DNA of 63,738 bases from Eledone cirrhosa. Lineage: Eukaryota. Each line of letters begins with the position of its first letter. The first letter of the stretch is position 1. Positions 37,701 to 49,837 of this stretch are shown in pieces. A model generated the notes under the pieces. It did no database searches. It saw nothing but the letters and a program-made list of their open reading frames with translations, and was not told the origin of the DNA. Where the stretch lies: NCBI GenBank assembly GCA_964016885.1, contig CAXHJY010001138.1:1-63738 (forward strand), in the 5' to 3' direction. Position numbers and translations under genes: made by a program.

Positions 37701-38519
37701 TGTACTTGCTGTATTTCGAGGTCCAGGTTTTTCCGAAACATGACAGCCACTCCACCTCCACCTCCTGGCTGACAGAGAGATGCGTAGATCTCAAAGTCGT
37801 CGAAGATGGGGTTTAGTTGCTGCCTGTTGTGGACTCGGTGATGGCTATCACATCCATACCGTGTGACTTAAGGTCATTTAAAAGTTGGCCCTGTTTCCAG
37901 GGCATCCCTAGGCCACGCACATTCACACTTCCAACTCGTAAATTAGCCATGTTAGTGGAGAAGAGTTGGCGAAAAAGGATGAAAAAGTGCACTTACCTTT
38001 TCGTTACCTGGAGTTCGGATTGTTCAATCTCCGGGGTGGGGAAACATTTTAATAGGTCTCGGTTAATGGGCTTTTGACAGGGGTTGCCAACATCCTGTGA
38101 AAATTGTTCTTTTAATTTCTAGTAGGTTTCTATCGAAACCCTTATCAGTTTAAGGTGTGGTTGAGAGTCTGCCTTGACAAAGGTTTTCCCCTCAGTTTCT
38201 ACTTTGAGGTCTTGGGAGATGACCTCAATTAGGTTTTTGTTGTTTGTGTTAATGTATGTGTATTGTTGTTTGTTTTTTTGTTGTGTTGTTTTAGTTTGTT
38301 GTTCATTTTGTAGTTTTCTTTTTATGGTGGCCATTTGTGTTTGAGGTGGTGTTGGTGTTTGTTTTTCTGGTAAGGGGGGGGGGGGGGGTGATTGTGGTGG
38401 TGTTTGTTTTGTTGTTTGTGTTGGTAGTTGTGTGTTCGTGTTGGTGATTGTTGTTTTTGTGGCTTTGCGGTGTCTGATTTTTTGTTTTTTTGATTTCCGA
38501 GGCTCTCCTTCATCTTCAG
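34776..38519 (-). mobile_element. Tx1/L1-clade LINE with partial ORF1 and disrupted ORF2
   Basis: ORF2 starts at ATG 37950 (VGSVNVRGL, AVYAP, VGDWN). RT motifs KSPGIDGLP, NFRPITLLN, LDQSKAFDRV, AYADD. CCHC finger CPRC..HAIVHC. AATAAA near the 3' end. (GATA)n flanks. Confidence 0.92.
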
Positions 38520-38719
38520 ACAGATAGATAGGTAGATACATAGACAGATAGATAGGTAGAGAGAGAGAGAGAGACAATAAGAGGCTAGACAGAGACTATG
38601 ATATATAGACATTTGAAAGGAGATATTAGGATAGATAAATATTCAAAATAAATACAGACATATACAAATAGATGAGAGTAAAAATATTTCACTAAATATA
38701 TTTGGTGATCTATATATAT

Positions 38720-39283
38720 TTGTGTGTGTATATATATATATATATATATTTGTGTGTGTATATATATATATATTTGTGTGTGTGTATATATATATATTTG
38801 TGTGTATAATGTGTATAATTTATGTATAATAATTTATGTATATAATGTGTATAATTTATGTATATATATATATATGTATTTGTGTGTACATATATGTATA
38901 TTTGACTGTATATATATATCTATTTGTGTGTATATATATGTATATTTGACTATATATATATATATATATTTATTTATTTATTTGTGTGTATATATATATA
39001 TATATGGATATTCGACTGTGTATATATATATATGTATTTGTGTGTATATATATGTATATTTGGCTGTATATATATATATATATATATATATGTATTTGTG
39101 TATATATATATGTATATTTGGCTGTATATATATATATATATATATATGTATTTGTTTATATATATATATGTATATTTGGCTGTATATATATATATATATA
39201 TATATATGTATTTGTGTGTATATATATGTATATTTGGCTGTATATATATATATATATTTGTGTGTATAGTAATGTATATTTGG

Positions 39284-39331
<48 letters not shown>

Positions 39332-39545
39332 GTGTATATATATGTATATTTGGCTGTATATATATATATATATATATATATTTGTGTGTATATATATGTA
39401 TATTTGGCTGTATATATATATATATATATTTGTGTGTATATATATGTATATTTGGCTGTATATATATATATATATATATTTGTGTGTATATATATGTATA
39501 TTTGGCTGTATATAAATATATATATGTATTTGTGTGTGTATACAT
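38720..39545. repeat. Compound repeat: (TA)n interleaved with TTTGGCTG and TTTGTGTG units
   Basis: Direct inspection. Confidence 0.9.
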
Positions 39546-39618
39546 CTGTTTAGATAGATCATGTAGGGAGGTGCATTCATAGATTAATAAACATGAAAAT
39601 CAATATATCTTGTCTGAA

Positions 39619-39745
39619 TGTGGTGGTGGTGGTGGTGGTGGTATGGTGGTGGTGGCGGCGGTGGTGGTGGTGGTATGGTGGTGGTGATGGTGGCGGTGGT
39701 GGTATGGTGGTGGTGGTAGTAGTGGTAGTAGTAGTGGTGATGGTA
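39619..39745. repeat. (TGG)n microsatellite
   Basis: Direct inspection. Confidence 0.9.
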
Positions 39746-39973
39746 ACAGTATTGGTTAATGGTAGAAATTAGTTCAGAGCTGTATATTTTTTGTCACTTT
39801 TAAAGGCAAACTAGTTTCTTCCATTAACCTTTTGATAAAGGGATTTTATTCTGAAATATCAGGACCTATAAAGAACTGCAAGATTACATCCCAATTTTAT
39901 TCTTATATTTTTAACATTTAGTCTCCAATTCAGATTTTGATATCTTCAATACAAAATACTACTATGTATGTAA

Positions 39974-40091
<118 letters not shown>

Positions 40092-40369
40092 CGTGTTCCC
40101 ATTTTTAACGGTATGTTCTCTGTGTTATTTCTTTTTCCCTTCTGTTTAATTTTTTTTCTCTCCTTTTTCCCTTCCCCAATAACTTTCAAAAGTTATTGAC
40201 GCACTGGGGATAGACATATTGTCTTTAATGCGTTGAAATGTCTGAGACCTCCAGCAGACAGCTGAAGTGGGGCTGTCCCTTGTTTGTGCTTTCCTTATAT
40301 TTCTAAATACACTTTATCAAGTAACCACACAGCCCCTTGTTTCTTCCAAAAATTTATATATATATATAT

Positions 40370-40960
40370 ATTAAGAGAGTAAAACAAAGAATCCTTTAAT
40401 ACATCAAAAGTTTTTATTAGCCGACAATGTTTCGTCCTATTAAGGACTCATCAGGGCAATCAAAACAACAAGAGGTAATTTCGGCAGATACAAGCCAGAA
40501 ACTCTGAAGAATATGGAGTTTACATACACTAATGTCTTACAAAGATATACGATAATAAAAATGAAGATAAAAATAATAAAATATATAATAACTAAGGATG
40601 TAGATAACATTAAGATAACTTAATGTTATCTACATCCTTAGTTATTATATATTTTATTATTTTTATCTTCATTTTTATTATCGTATATCTTTGTAAGACA
40701 TTAGTGTATGTAAACTCCATATTCTTCAGAGTTTCTGGCTTGTATCTGCCGAAATTACCTCTTGTTGTTTTGATTGCCCTGATGAGTCCTTAATAGGACG
40801 AAACATTGTCGGCTAATAAAAACTTTTGATGTATTAAAGGATTCTTTGTTTTACTCTCTTAATTTTTCGGCTCTGTTTAACTGCATTGAGCTATACCTTT
40901 TACTGTCATTTCTATAATACGAAGAGGGTGTTTGACTCAAACACGCTCCAGTATTCTAAT

Positions 40961-40965
<5 letters not shown>
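40370..40965. mobile_element. Palindromic non-coding PLE-derived element (245-bp arms, 4-nt loop, about 100 bp tail) with a hammerhead in each arm
   Basis: 40370-40614 is the reverse complement of 40619-40863. (TA)n on both sides. Confidence 0.8.
40776..40813 (+). ncRNA. Canonical-core type I hammerhead ribozyme (mirror copy at 40420-40457, minus strand)
   Basis: GCC-CUGAUGA-GUCC(uuaaua)GGAC-GAAA-C(auu)G-UC-GGC. Predicted cleavage after GUC at 40810. Confidence 0.88.
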
Positions 40966-41021
<56 letters not shown>

Positions 41022-41085
41022 CATATATACACCCCTGCTCAATATCCGCAATCTTTCTGTGTTCTTCTTTAATCTCTCATTCTAT

Positions 41086-41299
<214 letters not shown>

Positions 41300-42292
41300 C
41301 ATACATATATTATATGTATGTATGTGTGTGTGTATAGATAGTGAGAGGGGGGGTGACTGCCATATGGATGAATGGGAAAGTGAATGAATGCGATAGGAAG
41401 CAAAGTTCAATAGAAGACTTTATATTTTTGTAAGGGAGAGTGTGGTGTAACTTTCAGTGGTGAATCACACACAATTCTGGTGAATGGATCTTTGGAAATC
41501 ACAATTGGAGGATTTGCTATTGAACCTCTGGTGGTTGTTGTTGAAGCTCTGGTTGTTGTTGTTGTTATTCTACATCACATGACGTACAATTGAAACTTGT
41601 AATTCTACACCATACACACTACATTATTGAAACTATTGTTGTTATTGTTGTTGTTACTGTTGCTATACACCCTAATATACACCCTGTATTGGACCAGTTG
41701 TGGTTGTTATACATCCTTAATATACAACACCACCACCACCACTACACCACCTCCACCACCACCACACTGCCACCACCACTACACCACCACCACTGCTACC
41801 ACCACCACCACCACCACTGCCATCAATCAATTGAATTAACTCATGTTAAACAGGATTATGGTTGTTAGTAATGTCAGAGGAGGAGGGGGGATTGCTAATT
41901 AGATAAGGTAGAGAGGGGGGAGAGGTTTACTTAGAGGGAGAGGGGGAGGGATAGAGAGGGGAGGGGGTAGAGGTTTACTTAGAGGGAGAGGGGGAGAGGT
42001 TTACTTAGAGGGAGAGGGGGAGAGATTAAAGCAAAAAATATAGAAAATAGAGAATAAAAGAAATGAGTAAAAGAGAGAGAATAGTAATTGGGGGTGGGGA
42101 GGAGAGGTAACAATTGGAGGGTAGGGGGAGTAACAATTGGAGAGAGAGGGGGAGAGTAACAATTGAGGAGAGAGGGGGAGAGTAACAATTGAGGAGAGAG
42201 GGAGAGTTACAATTGAATAAAGAAGACTGAGAAAGGGAGAAAAAGTGAGAAGGGGTGAAAAAAGAATTCTCTATATATATATGGTGTGTGTA

Positions 42293-42324
<32 letters not shown>

Positions 42325-42974
42325 CATGGATGTGTTTGTACATATGTATGTACATGTGTGTATGTGTGTGTATATATATGTGTGTGTGTGTGTGTGTGTG
42401 CATGGATGTGTTTGTACATATGTATGTACATGTGTGTATGTGTGTGTATATATATATATATATGTGTATATAAAGACAAACTAGATGTTAATACAGTAAA
42501 AATAAAATAAAAAAGAAGCAGACTTCAACAAAGTATATCCGCTATTAATAAGCAGACGAGCACAATATGTGTGTTTGTTAGAGATTGTAGAGGGAGAGTA
42601 GAAAATGGAAAAAATATTTATTTATTCAAATTAATGATCCAACAAGTTGTATGAAACTTTCAGTTTATTACATAAACTAACACTTTCATCCATTTTATTT
42701 CCTCTTTTCATTGAAAAAACAACAAAAAACATTGAAAATATCAGAATTAAGACGGCAAAAAATGAAGAAAGAGAATGTTTTTTTTTTTATTTTTAAAAGC
42801 TGAAAAGAAGATTTAAAAATAAACTGATGATAATGGTATTGGATGATAATGGGAAGACAGGGATGGAAATAGCTGAGGGGCAATGAAGGTCAAGAGGGCA
42901 GGAGGTGGAGAGGTCAAATTGGAGGAGGTTGCCAGAGGGGTCCCTGGTTTCAAGGTTAAACCCTGTTTTATTAT

Positions 42975-43255
42975 TTTCTTTTAAGTCTTTTACTGGTTTC
43001 AGTCATTAGACTGTGACTATGCTGGGGCACCACATTATTTTACTGGTTTCAGTTATTAGAGTGTGGCCATACTGGAGCACCACATTCTTTTATGTCTTTT
43101 ACTGGTTTCAGTCATTAAACTGTGGTCATACTGGGGCACTATTCGAAAAGATTTAGTCGATCTTATTGATCCCAGTATTGATTTTTTTCATGCCAAGTTA
43201 TTTTATCAATCGTTTTTCTTGAACTGCTAAGTTAAGGGATATAAACATACACTGA
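42975..43255 (-). mobile_element. SINE-like interspersed repeat with triplicated terminal segment
   Basis: Three copies of TTTTACTGGTTTCAGTCATTAGACTGTGGCCATACTGGRGCACC, then a body resembling an abundant octopus short repeat (from recall). Confidence 0.6.
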
Positions 43256-43278
43256 TACACACATATACACATATATAT

Positions 43279-43491
43279 AGAGAGAGGTAGAACACTGGAA
43301 GGTAATATCCGTAGTGGTAGAGCACTCTGTCCATGGGACGAGTTTGGTAGAAGTAGTAACACAACAGTTAGTTCACCTTACCGAGAACAATTGTTTCACC
43401 TTATGCGAATCTACAGCTCAGACTGAAGATCCGCATAAGGTGAAACAATTGTTCTCGGTATAATGAACTAACTGTTGTGTTACTACTTCTA
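43279..43491. mobile_element. Short palindromic PLE-derived element (arms of about 69 bp, 43348-43491) with hammerhead-like core and tail
   Basis: Inverted repeat. CUGAAGA..GAAACAAUUGUUC at 43423-43454 has palindromic stem III; stems I and II are weak. Confidence 0.6.
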
Positions 43492-43594
43492 TATATATAT
43501 ATGTGTGTGTGTAAAAAGTAAACAGAAATAACAAAGCAAACAACACAGTTCATAGATGAAATATATTAAATAACACTTGAAATAACAGGAAAAG

Positions 43595-43630
43595 TCTTAA
43601 CGTTTCGGACACTCGTCCTTCATCAGAAGA
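43595..43630 (-). ncRNA. Minimal type I hammerhead ribozyme in a PLE terminal fragment (about 43511-43720)
   Basis: UCUU-CUGAUGA-a-GGAC(gagu)GUCC-GAAA-CG-UU-AAGA, with palindromic stem III AACGUU. Confidence 0.82.
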
Positions 43631-43720
43631 TAGTTAGAAATAGAAGATAAAATAAAAAAGATAAAGAGAAGAGGAAGGAACATGGGAAAAATGAGAAAAC
43701 AAAGTTGGGTGGGAACACTC

Positions 43721-43764
<44 letters not shown>

Positions 43765-43768
<4 letters not shown>

Positions 43769-44528
43769 TCATCATCACCGTTTTACGTCCGTTCTTCCAC
43801 GCTAGCATGGGTTAGACGGGTTGTCCTGCTGTGGGCAGTGTCTGGTCGGCTGACCATGCCTTGCTCATACAGGAACTGATTTGGCTTAATTTCTACAGCT
43901 GGATGCCCTTCCTAACACCAACCTCATTTACAGTAAGTGGTGGGTGCTTTTTTCCGTGGCACCTACACGTCCACTTTACAGTGTGGGCTGGGTGCTTTTA
44001 TGCCGTGGCACCTCCACGACCACTTTACAGTGGGAGGGGATGGGGTATATTGTCTGTATGCTTCGGCTTCGGCTTGTACCCATGGGGGGTCGGGTCTTCT
44101 GTATTACTGCGTGACGCCAGAGGTCACAGGCAAGTGTCATCGCCTTTGAGAGGTGTAATTGGGTAAGGTCGGCTTTTATCACCTCATCCCAGGTCATCTT
44201 GGGTCTCCCCACTCCGCGGTTTCCATCGACTTCTAGTGCTCTGCACCTTTTTATGCAGCTATCATCCTTCATACGCAGCACATGTCCACACCAATGCAAC
44301 CGCCTCTCCTGCACACACCATTTGATTCCTCTTATGCTCAGTCTCTCTCTCAATTCATTTATGCTTTGTCGTTTGCGTATATTACTATTACACATCCATC
44401 GGAGCATGCAGGCTTAATTTCTTTCTAATCTACACAAGTCTTCCACAGACAGCGCCCAGGTCTCACGACCATGTAACATTGCTGTTCGCATACACGCATC
44501 ATACAGTCTGCCTTTCATTTTGAGGGAA
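43765..44528 (-). mobile_element. RTE 3' fragment
   Basis: Nearly identical to 11867-12630; (GAT)n tail; ORF 43976-44407. Confidence 0.92.
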
Positions 44529-44649
44529 ATATATAAACAAATAGTAGAGAGGAAAAAGAATTTTTCAGTAGAAAATGCTGAAGAGATTCTTTCAATATAA
44601 TATCAAAACATTTATTTATTTATGAAGTAGATATTTCCACATTTAATAA

Positions 44650-44685
44650 TTGTACCGGTTTCAGCATTATATGGTTTTTCAACTG
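44650..44685 (-). ncRNA. Decayed U3-A8 hammerhead-like motif
   Basis: UUGAAAA..GAAACCGGUA core present; stems are eroded. Confidence 0.4.
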
Positions 44686-44814
44686 CGGATATGCATAATG
44701 TAGTTATGTTGCATATTTATACGAATAATAAAAAGGGTAAGAAAAATTATTAGTTTTTACATATTTAGAGAGGAGAGTTCATATCTCTGTCCATGTTTGG
44801 AACGAAGGATATCC

Positions 44815-44972
44815 GTGTTTGGCATTAAGAAGGATATCCAACTGTAGAAACCAAGCTCAAAACAGTTCTGTTTGAGCAAGATACACTCATCTGGTCTGGC
44901 TTGTCTCACAACAGGACAACTCGTTTAACCCATGCTAGAGTTGAAAAATGGACATTAAATGTTGATGATGAT
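44815..44972 (+). mobile_element. Divergent RTE-type 3' tail
   Basis: AAGAAGGATATCCAACTGTAGAAACC...CCCATGCTAG..GGACATTAAATGTTGATGATGAT. Confidence 0.7.
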
Positions 44973-44974
44973 AT

Positions 44975-45100
44975 AAGACGTTTCTTCAGTTTCTATCAAC
45001 CAAATTCCACTAACAGAGTATTGGTCAGCCCAAGGCTATAGTTGAAGGCACCTTCCTATGGTACCGCAGCTCCATGATTTAGGGTCTGAATCTAAAACCA
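44975..45100 (-). mobile_element. Degenerate CORE-type SINE interrupted by a minisatellite
   Basis: TTCAGTTTC..ACCAAATTCCACT..TTGGTCAGCCCAAGGCTATAGTTGAAGGCAC resembles an octopus SINE body (from recall). Confidence 0.55.
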
Positions 45101-45772
45101 TGGAGCTGTGAAATGACGTCCTCCATGGAGCTGTCAAATGACGTCCTCCATGGAGCTGTCAAATGACGTCCTCCATGGAGCTGTGAAATGACGTCCTCCA
45201 TGGAGCTGTGAAATGACGTCCTCCATGGAGCTGTGAAATGACGTCCTCCATGGAGCTGTCAAATGACGTCCTCCATGGAGCTGTCAAATGACGTCCTCCA
45301 TGGAGCTGTGAAATGACGTCCTCCATGGAGCTGTCAAATGACGTCCTCCATGGAGCTGTGAAATGACGTCCTCCATGGAGCTGTCAAATGACTTCCTCCA
45401 TGGAGCTGTCAAATGACGTCCTCCATGGAGCTGTGAAATGACGTCCTCCATGGAGCTGTCAAATGACGTCCTCCATGGAGCTGTGAAATGACGTCCTCCA
45501 TGGAGCTGTCAAATGACGTCCTCCATGGAGCTGTCAAATGACGTCCTCCATGGAGCTGTGAAATGACGTCCTCCATGGAGCTGTGAAATGACGTCCTCCA
45601 TGGAGCTGTGAAATGACGTCCTCCATGGAGCTGTCAAATGACGTCCTCCATGGAGCTGTGAAATGACTTCCTCCATGGAGCTGTGAAATGACTTCCTCCA
45701 TGGAGCTGTCAAATGACGTCCTCCATGGAGCTGTCAAATGACGTCCTCCATGGAGCTGTCAAATGACTTCCT
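45098..45772. repeat. 21-bp minisatellite CCATGGAGCTGT(G/C)AAATGACGTCCT, about 32 copies
   Basis: Highly homogeneous tandem array with two variable positions. Confidence 0.96.
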
Positions 45773-46259
45773 ACATTGGCTGTGCTGTAATATCATCTCC
45801 AAACACTTGTAGTTGTTGTTGTTCATAATGGAATCGGTCTTCTGGAAATACTTCAAGACATAATGGTAGAGTATTTACCAACATTATACTTAAAACAATT
45901 TCTTGGAGAGGGTCTTTTAGGTTTTTCCTTGTTTTGTAGCAAAACGGGGAAAGTATCTATAAAAAACTCCATCACAGTTTTACTGCATTAGTCAACTTTT
46001 ATAGCATAATAGTCTTTGGTGACTAACAGAAGACTTTTATCTTTATATCTCTTCTTGATGATTTGATGGTGGGGTGGGGCTGTTAGTAGTTGTGGTGGGG
46101 GTAGCAGGGGTGGTGGTGGTAGCAATGGTGGTGTTGATGGTGGTGGTGGTGGTGGTGGTTTTGGTGATGATAGTGGTGGTTATGATGATGATGGTGGTGG
46201 TGATCTTTTAAAATATATATTCTTTGCCTTTTTTTGTAATCTCCCTTTCACCTTTTCCT

Positions 46260-46394
46260 TTACCTCTCTCTCTTCTCATTTCCTCCTTATCTCTCTCTCC
46301 CCCTCTCCCTCCCTCCCCCTCACTATCACTCTCACTCTCTCTCTCACTCTCCCTCTCTCTATCTCTCTCCCTCCCTCCCTCTATCTCTCTCCCT

Positions 46395-46445
<51 letters not shown>

Positions 46446-46500
46446 CCTCTCCCCCCTCTCTCTCTCTCCCTCACTCTCACTCTCTCCCTCCCTCCCTTTC
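46260..46500. repeat. (CT)n polypyrimidine tract
   Basis: Direct inspection. Confidence 0.9.
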
Positions 46501-46680
46501 TAACCAGTTTTTACTTCTTGCTATATTTTTCCTGTAGACCCCCCCCCCCCACTATTTTTCTTTCACAACCAATTTCCAATCAAAATGGTTTACCATTCTT
46601 CTCTAATTCTTTACCGTCCGATGCTGTCGGATACAATTACCCACATTTCAAACGTATTATCACCTACTTTTTATATAGCT

Positions 46681-46733
<53 letters not shown>

Positions 46734-46787
46734 TTGTTATTATTACTACTATTATTATTATTATTATTATTAGTAGTAGTAGTAGTA
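46681..46787. repeat. (TAC)n-(TAT)n-(TAG)n trinucleotide run
   Basis: Direct inspection. Confidence 0.9.
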
Positions 46788-47238
46788 GATCTTTTTTCCC
46801 GCTCTTTTTCTATTTTGCATTTTTTCCCGACACCCACTCCGCCACTCCACCCGTTTTCTCTCTCTTCTTCTCAATGGAAGAATCACTCTAAAAGAAGGGG
46901 AAAAAGATGTAGGGGTGGGGTTGGGTTGGGGAGGGTTCTACTTCTATGGTGTGTTAATAATTGAATGAGCTTTGTCAGTCCCGACTGGCGTGAGTGGCTT
47001 CGTGGCTTTACACCGACATCACTCGTCAAGTTCGCTCTGTCTACAATCGATGGTTGGTGTGCAGTTGAGCAAAGGTTTAAATGTAAGAGGATAACGGAGA
47101 GAGAGAGAGAAAGACAGAGACAATATGGCTGCCATGAGAGAGAAGAAAAATAGGTCTGACAGATATATCGGTTGATCAGACGATTGATTGATAACTAAAA
47201 TGACAGATAGGTAGATAGGTAGGTAAGTGGATAGATAG

Positions 47239-49592
47239 ATATATTTCTTTATTTGCCACAAGGACGCACAAGAAAAGGGGACAATACAAAGACACATGCC
47301 GGGGATTTTACATACAGTCGTGTAAAAATATTGAAACAAACAATTAAAACAATCGAAATCCCCAATAGGGGGGAAGCGCCACAAATGGGTTGTTTAATAC
47401 CCCGTCGATAGAACAACCCTCAACTTCAGGAGCGTGTTGTGCAAGTGCTCCTTTCTTCCTTTTGCCCTCTTCTTTAACCTACAGGTTTATAAACAGAAAA
47501 AGCCCAATTACTCGGGCCATTTTCGCTTCATTCACCCACCTTTCAGTAAATTTACTGGGGTGCAGTGCCTCTCTCTCCGCCCTGATTCTCCTTCTAAAGT
47601 GATACTTAAAGAAGGGAATCAATTGTTGCCCGGAGAGAAAGGCATCTGTCCTCAGTCTTCTCAATCTCGTCCACCATATAACCTCTTTCACCATAGCCAT
47701 TGTACAGAGGAAAACCGCCTCTCTTTCGGTTTTGAAAGAGGCTGGCGGCTTGATCCTTACTATGGACTCGGCAGTCAACTGGATTTGTCCCATACACGAC
47801 AGCAGTTGTACTGCGTAGTTCCACAGTTCGCTTACGCCCGGGCAGTGTACAATTGCATGCAAGACGGTTTCAATGTCCTGCTCGCATCTTGGACGCGTCC
47901 TCTTGGAAGGATCCCTGCCGGGGCGTCCGTGCCTGTAGATCTTATCTCGAACGAGTAGAGCTCCTCGGTAGCACTGCCAGGCCAGGGACCTCTGGAAGTT
48001 GTCCATAGGTCCCGGGCGGAAAGTCCTACCAAACAGACTGGAGTCTCCCCGAGCATGTCGTCGCACTTGTAAAGTACTAACCCTCTATAGAATGTCGTAG
48101 TGGAGTCTCCACTGATTGCTGTGGCGCATTCAATGTGCCAGGCGCCCATCTTCTTCGGTCTTCGCTTCACCCAGGACTGCAGCTCCGTGAACGAGACAAG
48201 TTGTGGGAAGGCCTGTCTCACAAACGGTGCCACACCGGTTGGTCGGTGAGGAATACCTGGAGATGCCGTACCCTCAGCTCATCATTAGCCACGGCATGCC
48301 CAGCCCTCCGTTGGAAGGGTGTTGACAGCAGACGTATCTCCTCACCAGTGAAGCCTGCTTCTTCCACAGGAACTGGAAGAGCAAGCGTTCCATCTTAGTG
48401 AGGTATTCACGGAGACAAGGCACAACAGTCAAGCGGTAGTAGATGACAGACACTATGAAAGTGTTCGCCACCTCCGCTCGACCTTTCAAAGACAGTTTGC
48501 ACTCTGTCCATTTCTGGGTGAGCGCAAATACCTTGGCCATGACGCCGTTCCAGTTTTTCTCCAGCTGGAGGTCTAGACCGAGCCAGACCCCGAGCAATTT
48601 CACCGGTCCTTCCGTCCAGCGTCCGACGACGCTGTCGGACGGCATCAGTTTGTCTCTCCACGTTCCGAGTTGCAAACCGACAGACTTGTCCGGGTTCAGT
48701 TTTGCTCCTGTGAACCTTTCGTATTCCTGTAGTAGGTTGCCGATTACCTTGATTTTCGACACCACCACTGTCACGTCGTCGGCATAAGTCGACGCCACTT
48801 TTCGCAGTCCCGGTTCTAATGGGATGCCCTGCAAAAGCTCCAACTTCCGCAGTAGTTACTCTAGAGTCAATACGTACAGAATGGAGGAGAGAGGGCATCC
48901 CTGTCGGATGGAACGCGTGAATGCGAATGGCTCCGATAAGTAGCCGCTCACCTTGACTCTCGAGCAGATGCTGGTGTGCATCGCCTTGATCCAGCCCCTG
49001 AAAACGGGACCGAAACCGGCTGCCTTGAGAACCGCTTCCAAGTATCGATGGTCGACCCTATCGAATGCGTTAGACTGATCTAAATTGATCAGAGCCCCAC
49101 CGAAGCCGGGTTTACACCCCACCATCTCTATGATTTATCGCATGAGGTGGAGGTTGTCGTGTATAGACCTGGTCAGGATTGCACACGTTTGCGCTTTCCC
49201 TACCAGGTTCTCGACGACAAGCGCCAGCCTCGTTGCTAGCACCTTGGCCAAAATCTTTAACTCTGTGTTGAGCCTGAAGTTGTTAATTTCGTCCCCCTTG
49301 TTTTCGTCTTTCCTGATCAGCGTTACTACGCCCCTGCCTTCAGAACTGGGAATTGTCCCATTCTGCTGCCAATTGCAGTAGACGGCTTCGAGGATGCCAG
49401 AGAACAGGTCCGGCATGCCTATGTAAAACTCATATGGTAGACCATCTAGACCGGGTGATTTGCGTTTCCCACAGCGGCCCAGAGCGTCCCTTATCTCAGT
49501 GACTGTGATCGGTCTTTCGCAGAACTCGGCATCCATGCCTGAGAGACGCGGCAGGCCGTCGAGGTATGAACTAAAGTACATTGCCCCGTTCG
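47239..49592 (-). mobile_element. Tx1/L1-clade LINE, 5'-truncated second copy
   Basis: Homologous to 34776-36710. GCPLS, TYADD, CCHC finger and complete 3' UTR. TGGATAGATAG on both flanks. Confidence 0.92.
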
Positions 49593-49595
49593 GTT

Positions 49596-49832
49596 GGATA
49601 GATAGGTGGGTAGGTAGGTGGGTAGGTAGGTGGGTAGGTAGGTAGGTAGGTAGGTAGGTAGGTAGGTGGGTGGGTGGGTAGGTAGGTAGATAGATAGGTA
49701 GGTAGGTAGGTGGGTGGGTAGGTAGGTAGATAGATAGGTAGGTAGGTAGGTGGGTAGGTAGGTAGGTAGGTAGGTGGGTAGGTGGGTGGGTAGGTAGACT
49801 GGTAGATAGGTGGATAGGTAGGTAGATAGGTA
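49596..49832. repeat. (GGTA)/(GATA)/(GGTG) tetranucleotide microsatellite
   Basis: Direct inspection. Confidence 0.92.
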
Positions 49833-49837
49833 TTATT

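Noticed and set aside
41456-41592. Possible host exon (open frames on both strands, TTTCAG acceptor)
   Set aside because: No recognisable protein motif, partly (GTT)n low complexity, and no supported partner exons.
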